Source of the DNA: Callorhinchus milii
Taxonomy: Eukaryota
DNA: 64,000 bases
Assembly (NCBI RefSeq): GCF_018977255.1
Contig: NW_024704743.1
Coordinates: 36,954,001-37,018,000, forward strand
Direction: 5' to 3'
The notes under the pieces are model-generated. The model did not search any database. It was not told the origin of the DNA and saw only the letters and a list, made by a program, of their open reading frames with translations. Below, in pieces: positions 13,201 through 25,200 of the stretch (positions are counted from its first letter, which is position 1; every line of letters begins with the position of its first letter). Both the position numbers and the translations under genes were made by a program.

Positions 13201-16200
13201 CTAAGCTAATTAAAAATAAAGTGAGTTGTACTTTTGGATTTATTAAAGATAACTTTAGTGCTGGTTAACATGAATATTGGTGTGCATCTTGCATGAAGTA
13301 ACTGAACAGTAATATGTGAATTTTTTTAATAATTATTTTAAAAAAATAACAATGATTGATTGCATTTGGTAACACCTGTCACACAGACTGGATGTTGCAG
13401 ATTTGATTGCTGGATTTGACTGAAATTGCTATTCAATACTTCATGGTGATACGAGGATAGAAGTAGACTTGCATGTTTGCCAACTAACCTGCCCTCCAGT
13501 TAAGCAGCCTACCCATACACAATTGATCTTGTACATGAAAACATGGCTCCTTGGATGAGGTATAGGAATGCTGTCATTATCTGTGAAATTGTACACCAGG
13601 AAGAATCAGTTGTTCTAGGAGTATTTTAGTCCACAAAATTATATTGGTTGCCACTCGCCTGTGAATTTGTAATTCAACCAGAAATTGGAGCAACGTAACT
13701 TAATCTGTGTATTAATTAAATCTAATTACAAGATAATATTGAAATCATGTTTTTAGAAAACCTAAATTAACCAAATTAAGAGATACTACACTTATTTTGG
13801 CATTTTGGTCTGGAAAACCATTTTGAATTAAACAATCTATACATCTCCGCTGATCAAAATTGTTCAGTTAGTTTTATTTTATTATAATTTAGTTGATGTG
13901 ATTAATTAACTAGTCATTGCCAAATGTTTGTTTACAAACTTAATTGTAACTTGACACCTTTTGTACTACCTTTAAGTTTTAAGTTTCTTGGGTCATTTGT
14001 GTTCACTTAAAGCCAGAAAACCATACAGTATGAGGTTGTAGTTTTCTCACTGGTTTCCTTGTGCCATTGCTGTGTTGTGTGTGTTAGTTACCAAGTACAG
14101 TGAACTCCCGATGATAAGCACTGTCTTATATCATCAAATGACTTGCATCACTATCTGGATATATTGTCAATATCCAGCTGCTTTCCATGCAAAATGTGAA
14201 TACGGACCCTCTTTATTTGATCAGTCTTCTTATAACATAAGCATCCTACACATTCCCTTGAGTGAAATATCAGATGCATCACCGAAGCGAATTTACCTGT
14301 ATTGCGGAAAATGTTGCTGAGCTGCTCAATCCGTGGCGGGGCCTCAAAGCGAACTCTTGGTGAAACATGAAAATGGAGAATTGTGACTGTAAACCAGTAT
14401 CAATTTCTGAATTGGTGGTCCTCAGAAGGTTTAACTTAACCCCAAAGAGCTATCTGCAAAAATGACTATTATGCATATGGAAAAGTGGGAGAAAATCCCT
14501 TTATAATACAGGACTTCTGATCCTGCTGTCAGCTACGTAGAATATGTCACAACCCTTTAGAAGGAAGTGACAGAAAATCTAAATCAGTGACAACAACAAC
14601 AACAACAACAAGATTCCATTTATAGAGCGCCTTTCACGTCAGGAGGACGTCCCAAGGCGCTGCACAGTTGGGTCATGACCCGAGCAGGGGGGAAATGGTC
14701 AGGGTGAGGGGAGGGAAGGGAGGGAGAGAGGAGGGGGGAAATGGTCAGGGTGAGGGGAGGGAAGGGAGGGAGCGAGGAGGAGGAAGAGAGTCGAGAGGGG
14801 AGCTGAAGGCTCGGTCAAAGAGAAAGGTTTTGAGACCGGCCTTGAAGGAGGAAAGGGAGGAAGCAAGGCGAAGGCACTGGGGGATGGAGTTCCAGAGCCT
14901 CGGGGCTGACAAACATAGTGTGAGATGACAAGTGTTAAATATTCATTACATGTGCTACCTATTTAGCTGATACTTGACAACTGGGTGTAGCACAAAACTG
15001 CAATGTGTGTTGTCCCAGCTACAGCACCGTTTTGTGGCCCTGGAGGACTCATTCCTAGATAGTCACCCTGGATACAGAGTCACTGGGCTCTTTTCATTTG
15101 GAGTGATGATGTATCAGGAGTTTACTGTAGCTATTTGGTTGGTGCCAGAAGGATGCATTTCAATAGTGACATAGACACCTTAAACTCCTTGTACCAGAAG
15201 CCAAAGTGAGTATAAAAGGGTATATCAGTCAAAACAAAGTTTTGATTTTAGCCTCCTCATTGTGATTCTAACCTTCTAAGTGATGTTACTACTATATTCC
15301 AGATGATGCATTGCGATTTCGTTGGGGTAATTTGACTTGGCCACCGGGCGAGAAAGCGATTGTTCAAATAATTTTTAATTTTTTTTAAAATGGCCAGGTT
15401 TCTATCTCCTGTTTGACATCCAGTGACTTGTGCTGAAAGTATCATAGAAACAGGAGGAGGCTATTCAGCCCACCATTCCTGTTCCACCAGTTCATTTGTT
15501 CGTGGCAGATCTTATAATCCCATTGCTCTGCCTTTTCTCCACATCCCTTAATGCCTTTGCTTCCCAAGCTTTGCCTTTTAAAGATCTGAATTGGTTCTGC
15601 CTGTGCATGTAGAGATTGGGTGAAGTTAAAATTTGATTTGTGGGATCACTGATTCATCAGTTACTACCATGTAGGTCTTAATCTATTGACTTGATATTAC
15701 AGAAACATATTTGTTCTCCTTTGCTTTTAGGCTACAGTAAATGAAGCTACTCAAGGCAGTTTAGGTCATTTGCAGGCTGAGATCAAAAGGTTGAAGGAGC
15801 AGCTTGCTGAGCAAAGGACAGGACATATATCACAGGACAGCAATGTTATGACAGGTAAGGAACCCACCATATAAACTTAAGCCTTCAATTCTGGTCCCAT
15901 CCAGTGAAATAAAGTAACTAGCCCATGTGACTGAATTTTAAATTAGATTAATTGTAAAATCATTCTCTAATTAAAATATATAATCTGATCTGCTTGTTTC
16001 TGTAACATAGCCCCACAATTACAATTTATTTCCATATTTTCAACCAGTTAGAGCAATCTTGCCATATTGATTCTGCCTGTGTATGTAGACATTGGGTGAA
16101 GTTAGAATTGGAATTTATAATTAGTTCAACATTTTCAGCCTGCTATATTGCTCAGTTTTGTACTCTTGGGTTTGCTTCTATTCTGAAGGCATAATTATAG

Positions 16201-19200
16201 TTTTGAGATGTAATTACAATTGTCACAGAACAAATACACATTGACTATTGATTCATTTTTTTATTGTCTTAGACCAATGTCACTTATTGTTATGGTGCCT
16301 GGATCTTAAGAAAGAGCTTTTTTTTTAAAAAAAACTCCTTGTTTATGCTATAATCAACACTTGAAACCCTAATTTCAGAGGCCACTTCTTAATCTGTAAA
16401 CCTTGAGTCTACTACATAAACGCACTGCTTTTTAAAAAAGTCTAAACTCCAGAAAAATAAATGTATTGGCCTTGTTAACATTGTTATCAGAGGTTTGCAT
16501 AAACAAGGTTTGTGCTTCTGTCTTGTTGGAAGTGGATAAGAAGTTTCACCTTTAATAGGTTTGCAGTCCAATGCGTTTTCAATTTTTAAAAAAAAATGTT
16601 TTCAGAGTTAACACAAGTAGAAATGGGATGCTTTCAACGTTTTCTTTACTCTCAACTAGCTGAATTAGATCCTAATGAGTGGAAGAGTCGCTTTCTGGAA
16701 GCTATGCTTCTCCGGGAGAAGAGTGAAAGTGAAAAGCAGGTTTGTATTTTATTCTGCACGTAGGAGAACAGGATCAGCCGGGGTGAGACATTCCCTGGTT
16801 ACAGTGTTAATTAACTCCAGTCTCACTTGGATAAATGAAACATTCTCTCTGAAGATCTATGGGTTTCTTCCTTGATGAATGTTAATGAAAGTGCTGTGAA
16901 TCCACTGTACAGTAGTGCTGTAATTCAGAAAAGTAATAATGGTGCTGATTGCTTTGGGATTTGCTGGAGACCTTTTTTATAATGTAAGAATTAAGATGAG
17001 AATTGTATACTCGATTGCACAAATTATAAGAAGTCATTTCAGTGCTGTTAGGGATTTATAACTACTATAGCTCCCAGTGGTATTGGTAACAACACTACTT
17101 TCTATGTAAATTTTTTCCGTTCACTTTATCGTTCTATTATGTTGGATATGCTTGACCTAAGCCTCAATTGACAGCCTTAAAACCACTCTCAGAAATGTAA
17201 TTGTTTCATGCAGATTAGGAAGGTTCAAGGTGTCCTCTGATGGTAGGTGATTATGTGTAGAGAGTAGGTAAGGACAGGATTGGGGCTTGCCTGTGCCCCA
17301 ACCCCCCCACCCCCCGTCTTGCTGACTGACACCAATTTTCTACACTATCATATTGAGAATGGACACTTGGGTAAGGTGCAATGCATGAACTGTAACCTTT
17401 AGGAGTACAGTGGGGAAAAAACATGAAACAAAAATAAATGTTGAGCATTCTCATCCCCATCTTATGCTTCAGCCATCCAGCCTGTTGGCTATAATAATAA
17501 TCCTTGCATTTGATAAAGCAAATTATTGTGTCATTGAGAGGTCAAAAGTTTTTCACAGAATATACTCTAAAGAGCATTGACTAATTTGTGGTCAGACGCG
17601 GCAGCCAAATGCACACAACAGTGTCCCAAAATAGCCATGGATCGAGTGACCAAATTTATTATTTTTTGTAAGGGATTATTACCCTCGGAAAGTGATCCGC
17701 CATTCAACTAACAACCTGGTTCGTACTTACTACTAGGTAAACAGGCGTGTGGATTAAGGAAACTTGCCTAAAATTTCGGCCCGACCAGGTATCGAACCGG
17801 GGTCCTCATCTGTGAGGCGAATGCTCCAACCACTATGCTACGGGACTCCACTGTTTGTTGCCAATCTACTTACTTTACACATCCTGCTTTTCAGTGCCAT
17901 TAATTCAATGACTCCATGTCTTTCTCCCTCCAATAATCAATAGTCCTTTTTGAATGTATGTGTTAACTGGTGGATGTTAAAAATCCCACAACACAATTCA
18001 AAGAGAGGAGTCTCTCAATGTCATGGCCAAAAATCCCTAAATAAGATTGATCATTCACTTCATGGCTGTTTGTAGGACATTATTGTGCTCAAATTGATTG
18101 CTGCATTGGCCTACAAATATGAAGTCACTACAGTATAATCTGTGAAGCACTCAGGATGTTTCAACAGTGAAAAACTGCTATATCGAATGCAGCGATTATT
18201 ATTTTTAACTTGCTAAAAGTGGCTGGCATTTTAAACTGAGCTCTCTGTAAATTGTATTATAGCGCTTCTTGGAATTTTAGGGACTCCAACTGCTGTATTA
18301 TAATGGAGTTCCGCTGTACTACAATCTAATTGAAAAATGAATAAAAACTGACCACCCCCGGTGGGCAATAGGGAGAAGGTAAATGGGCCATCTGCTCTCT
18401 TCTGCTCAGATGGATTATCTGATTGTTGCATCTCGGTTCTGTAACCTTTTCAGGGCCTGAAGGAAAAAATTGGTCAACTTAAAGATCTGTGTGCCAAAAA
18501 AGAAAAGATACTTCAGTCTAACAAGATGATTGTGAAGTTTAGAGAAACTAACATAGCACGTCTAGAAAAGCTCCAGAAGGAATCCTGTGGTGGCCTGGCT
18601 CTTGACGAGAAAGATTCTGTGATTGGTGAGCTGAGGGAAGAAATTCAAACTTTAAAAGAACAGGTAAGAAATTTTATAATAATGATCTTTGACTTTGATG
18701 AAGTGCCTTACCGTGTCGTTGAGATGTCTCAAAGTGCTTCAGAGTATACTTTCAGAGTATACTGTACAGTGAAATAATTTGTGGGCGAAAAGTTTAGCAG
18801 TAAAATATCAAGTATTTTAACTAAGTTGCATATTTTAAGAGAATACAAGAATATGATTCTGTTGACTTCTCTAACTATAATATAAAAGATAGGCTCTGCA
18901 GTATATATCAAACAAATTCAGAAATTGAAAATATAAAATCTTGATCACTGTCCAGTAGAATTTTCATTTTTAAAAAAAACAGACTAATCCCTATTTGACC
19001 TGTATTGAATCCATTTGGAATGATACTACCTTTCAAACAAGAATTTTTTTTCCCCCTGGAATTCAGGTGATAAGTTGTGTACAAATTGGGCTTTTAGGGG
19101 TTTCAACCCAGACTTGAGTGCCTACCAGGAGAAGATCTACTATGTCAGTAAATGGTTGATGGTGCCCAAACATAGCACATTGTATAAATGTGTTCCTATC

Positions 19201-22200
19201 CATACGCACCTTGTTCACTTTAATCCTGTTATATTAGACCTGATCCAGCATTGCCTCGCTTCTAGACCCGCATTCACTGGACATAATAATAATAATAATA
19301 ATCCTTGCATTTGATATAGCGCTTTTCACGTCGGGAGGACGTCCCAAAGCGCTTCACAGAACACACTGTAAAGTGAATTGACTGTATATTTGTGGGCGAA
19401 CGCGGCAGCCAATTGCGCACAGCAATGTCCCACAAACAGTCGTAGAATGAAAATGACCAATTTATTATTGTTTTGGTTTTGGAGGGATTATTATTAGGCT
19501 CTGTGTGGAGTCAGGAAACTTGCCCAAGGTTTCGCCCTCTGCCTGGAATTGAACTCAGGTCTCTCACTTGCAAAGCGAGTGCTCTAACCACTGAGCTACA
19601 GGACTCCACAAATGTGGTACATGTGGACATGTGGTACACCTGACATTTTGGCACTGACTAGTCATCTTCATCCATTAAAAATGGCTGACTTCAAGCTGTC
19701 ACATCGTGCTGATGTCACTTTGTGCAGACTGCGCAGAAAACACTGTTGATATTGCTTCATGAAGGAAGTGATGTCAGCAAAGCTTCTTGTACATGCATAG
19801 CGAGTAGGAAGTGATGTCAGCAGCAGTGATGACTGGGAAATCTGCTCATTTTTTTCATGCCACACAATGCCTTATCTCTGCTTTTCATCATCTTGTGAGA
19901 TATGTGTCTAAATGGGAAAGTCCTGTCTGCGGGATGTGGCTCACTCTGTGCCTCTGGTTTCAAGATGGAAGGAGTTGCGAGCAATTGGCAGAGGGTCAAT
20001 TTTTTTTAATGGGGGGAGGGAGTTGTTAACTGATAACTTGTGGGATGAGGGTAAAATAATTGTTTTAGCCACCAAGACTTGAAGACTTTTTTCAGGGCTT
20101 TAGAGGGTATGAACCCTGATTATGAAAAGATTTCAGTAAAATTGGGTAATAAATGTAAGCTTTTATCTAATTTTGTGTGGCCAATTTTCCTATAAACTTC
20201 ACGAGACTTGCATTATGCACTAGATTGAGCAAGATCCTCGGGTTGTCAGCTATGCAATGGAGAACCGTGGTCTAAGGGAAGAAAATAAGTACCTTCGTTC
20301 ATTAGAGAGTGTGAAGCGTGCGGGTGATATTACCTTGCACAAAGCTGCAAGCTGGAAAAGGCATTCTTGGAGGCCTCATCTTCAGAGAAAAATGCTGGAG
20401 GTAACCAATATTTTTGTAACTTTTGCTGTTTGAAAACTGAGTTAAACAACTTATGTCAAACTTAATGGTTATCAAAATACAGTTTTTTTTGTTCTACCAG
20501 GTGACAGCTTGAATATTAATAATCTTTTCGTTTGACATATGTCGTCAAGACATCTCCAAGCACTTCACAGGTTGGACCGTAAAGTAGTCTGACTGCCTTT
20601 TGTAGGGTAACCAGTTTATGCACAGGAATGTCCCCCAAACAGTCTTGGAATGAATGACCTATTTTATCTGGAAGATTGATTGGCCAAGACACTGGGAGAA
20701 ATTCCCTTCTCTTTTCAAATAGTGCCATGTGATTTTTAATGTGCACCTGTACAGGGGTACAAGGTCTTGGTAATCCAAACATAGCGCCGCTGACATTGCA
20801 GTACATCACCAGTGCTGTATTGGAGTGTCAGCATTGACTGTGGGTTCCAGGTCTCGACGTGGGTTTGAACCCACAACCGTTTGACTCAGTGCTACCAACT
20901 GAGCCAGACTCCTATTGACCCAAATCACAAATTTTAAATCTCTTGCAAAATTAAAATTACTTTTATTAAATATCACTGTTAAACATTCCAATATAATGTT
21001 AAAATTTTCTTTTCCAAGGTCCAGCATTGCACCTGACTCCTACAACAATTGAAAACATTTCCACAGTATCACAAGAAAGATTAAAAGCTCGTTTATTACA
21101 AGCACAGAGTGACATGTCTTCTGTAAAACAAGAATATGAGGAGTATCAGGAACTGACTAGGTAAAAACAATTGTTAATATAATCCTTGTATTGGATACAG
21201 CACCTTATCTCATTAATGGCCAAGTGTTTCACAATGTAAAGTATAGTAATTGTGTTTTGTGGTGAATGCAGCAGTTAATTTGTGCTCAGCAGTGCCCTAC
21301 AAACAACCACGTGAATGGCCAATTTTAGTTTGGATTGTTTTCCCCCAGTACAGTGGGAGAAACTCCTCGTTTCAAATTGTGCCATGGTATCTTCAACATC
21401 CATCTGATGAGGGAGACAGGACTTTGGTGTAATGTCTCAATTGAGGGAAGGCACATCCAGCAGTGCAGCACTACATTGGAGTGTCAGCCTAGACTATGAG
21501 CTCAAATGTTCTGACGTGGGGCCTGAACCCACAACCTTTGACTTGTAGTTGGAGAGTGGCTAATATGTGATTTCTACTGACCAGCTATAAAACAATTGGG
21601 CTCATGTAGCTGAATGTTCTGACCAGATCATGTGATAAATAACTGAACTTTGTTACTCTTAGGAAGAAACAAATGGAATTTGAGTCTGAGGTTCAGTGCT
21701 TGCTAAAAGCCAACCAACATCTAGAAAACATTTTGGAGGCAACAAAGGCTCATAAGCGTCAAGAAGTGTCCCAACTGAATAAGATGCATGTTGAGACCAT
21801 TAAGGTACTTATTTATTTCGATAATTGCTGAAATAAACCTAATTCAATATCTAAGATTACTGTACAGTAGAACAGCTTGCATTTATGTGGCATCTTTAAG
21901 GTAACAATAATCATCCTTGCATGTGATAGAGCACTTTTTATGTTGGGAGGATTTACTCTTGTGTATTTTGTAGCTGAATGGAGGATAATGTGTCAAAAGA
22001 AGTTTACAAAGGCACCAAGCTGGGAGGGTGGATAAGGGAAGAGACTGTTAAGCAGAGTTGAAGATGTACATTTTCAGAATGCTTTCAAAGAAGGTCAAGC
22101 AGAATGGGTTTAAGGAAGGAGTTCCAGAGTAGCTAAGATCTTGACTTCCAAAGGTGAGGTGTTGCAAGGGTGAACTGCAGACTCAAGTTTGCCAAGTGGA

Positions 22201-25200
22201 AGTGGCAAGTAGAAGAAAGCTGGAGAATGTCACAGAAGTAGGGAGGACAAGGATATGTAAGGATTTACAGGTGAGAGTGAATATTATAGAAGTTGATCTG
22301 CTGACAGTGGAGGATGGTGGTGATGGACATGCAAGTAAGGGTGTAAGCAGCCAAATTTAGGATAAGATGGAATTTGTAGATTAATGCTCAGGACTCGTTT
22401 TCATAAACTTATCAGTTGGAATTTAGAATTTAAGCAAATGAATTAAGGCACAACAGAGGTGGATCATTGGTTTTGCAGTTAACTCATCTTTGTGGACATA
22501 TTGAGTGTGCAGTGTGGAGGTGGGGGTGGTGGCACTGCGACTTAGCACAAGGAATTGCAATTAAAATAAATTTGTAATGAGCTCCATTGAAGTTATCCCA
22601 GTGTAAAAATGTTTCAGCACAACACCTTTGATACCAAAGGTACATTGTCATGGACAATTAACCTAATTTCAAGAAAAAAATTGAGGAAAAGATTCCTCCA
22701 CCTGTAAAACATTTTATGTTGATTTTGTTGAAGGGTTTTAAAGATGCAAGAAGTACCAAGGAATTGAGCACAATGGCAAATTTATAAATAGCTTTGTTGT
22801 GGTAGAGAATTGAATGCATTGAGATTATCCTTGAATGCTAACCATGTTGTAAATATGATCCTACTTGTGATACCATATTTGGGTTCCTTGGCTTTAAGCA
22901 GGGAGCCTTGATGATATGTGTGAATCAAATTGATAAAGTGCCACATAAGAGACTTGTAAGCAAAATAGAAGCCCATGGTATTAAAGAGACAGTGGCAGCA
23001 TGAATACATATCTGACTGGGAGACAGGCAGCAGAGAGTGGTGATGAACGGTTGTTTTTCTGACTGGAGGGAAGTGTGCAGTGCTGTCACCCAGGGGTCGG
23101 TATTGGGATCACTGCTCTTTTTTGATCTACATAAATGACTTGGGTATAAGGAGTACAATTTCCAAGTTTGCAGATGATAGTAAGCTAGGAAAAGTAGTAA
23201 ACAGTGAGGAGGATAGTAGCAGACTGCAAGACATAGACAGACTGGTAAAATGGGCAGACACGTGGCAGATGAAGTTTAATGTGGAGAAATGCAAAGTGAT
23301 GCATTTTGGGAGGAAGAATGAGGAGAGGCAATATAAGCTGATGGGACAATCTTACAGGGGGTAAAGGAACAGAGAGATCTCAGGGTTCATATAAGCAAAT
23401 CTTTGAAGGTGGCAGAACGGTAGATAAAGTTGTTAAAAAAGCATACGGAATTCTAGGCTTTATAAATAGAGGCATAGAATACAAGAGTTAGGAAGTTATG
23501 ATGAACCTTTATAAAACACTGGTTAGGCCTGGGCATTACACTTTAGGAAGGATGTCAAGGCATTGGAGAGGGTGCAAAGCTGATTTACCAGGAATGAAGG
23601 ACTTCAGTTATGAGGAGAGGCGAGAGAAGCTAGGATTATTCTCCTTGGAACAGAGAAGGTTAAGAGGAGACTTAATAGAGGTATTCAAAATTATGAGGAG
23701 ATTCGATAGGGTGAACAAGGAGAAACTATTTCCACTCATGGGTGGGTTGGTAACCCGAGGACACTGATTTAAAGTAGTTGTTAAAAGAAACAGGAAGGGT
23801 GAGGAGAAATTTTTTTCGCACAACGAGTTGTTTGGATCTGGAATGCATTGCCTGAAAGGGTGGTGGAGCCCATTTGATAACAACTTTTAAGAGAGAAGAT
23901 AATTATTTGGGGAGGACAGTTTGCAGAGCAGGAGAGTACAATTGGATAGCTCTTTTCAAAGAGCCGGCACAGACACAATAAGCTGAATGGCCTCCTTCTC
24001 TGCTGCATAATTCTATGATTGTATGAATTGTTATACAAAGATCAATTCTTTGTGGTCCTCAATGCCTTTTTTTATACTCTATATAATCTTTTCACTAGAG
24101 TTTGACTACTCCAACTAAGGCCGCTTACAATCTTCGGTCTCGATTGGTTTTACGAATGAGTCCTGATGGAACACCTAGTGCTTATGGAGAAGCAAATGCA
24201 TGGAGTCAGGGAGGTGATACTATGAATGAGTCTTTGCCTCTTGACATGAATGAACAGGCTTACGAAGCCATTGCTAAGGAACTTCAAATGGTGCAGGTAA
24301 GTATTCCCTTACAGTTCTAGGTAATATATAGCAGTAAACAATTATTCATGTTCACTGGCTTTTAAATTTGCAGATTAGGTATATTATACAGATTATACAG
24401 CTGCAGGAAATTTGCACTCATCCAGGCCTTGATGTCCTTCAAACAAGCTGACAGGACATCAGCGGACTGAGTCGCAGCTGGAGGAGGAGGAGTAGATTTG
24501 GGCGGCATCCGCATACATGTCTGCGGATGACATCGTTGAGAGAAAGCATGTAGATGAGGAAAAGAAGGGGGCATGATGGAAAACTAAAAGATTTTATGTT
24601 TTTCACATTTGTAGGGTAGTTGTATTATCAAACAATATTTTAGTAGGTCAAGAAAATGAAACAACATTTTGTCATGTTTTAGGAGCAACTGGCTAATACG
24701 CAGACTAAACTGGACGAAGAGGAGAGCCAAAAGGTGAAGCTTCAACAGCAATTCGATAAACTGGAACATCATTCTGCTCAGATAAATGAGGTTTGTATGT
24801 TTCTTAATTTAATGTTACTTAATGTTTAATTTAATGTTACAAATGTTAATTTTAATTCATTCTCAACCTTACTGGTTATAAGTGTTCCCAGGCCATGATT
24901 GAGTTTACTTGGGTGATTTTGTTTTTTCTTTCCCGGGTCCAATGAGCATGCCTTTGCTTAAATTAATATAAACCTCTAGATGGAGGAGTGTTGAAAGGTA
25001 CAATTGCTGCTTTATTTTTGTATGAAGTGATTCACGTCAGTATATGTTTTTTTTTAGCTTCTCTCTTCTGAACGAACTGATAGGAACAAGGAACAGCAGG
25101 AGCTTGTTACCAAAACTAGATCACTTGAGAAAGAACTTCAAGAAATGCAGGGCCAAAACAATCGTAGGTGGAATATGGTCTCAATTGCTTACTGTGGTCA

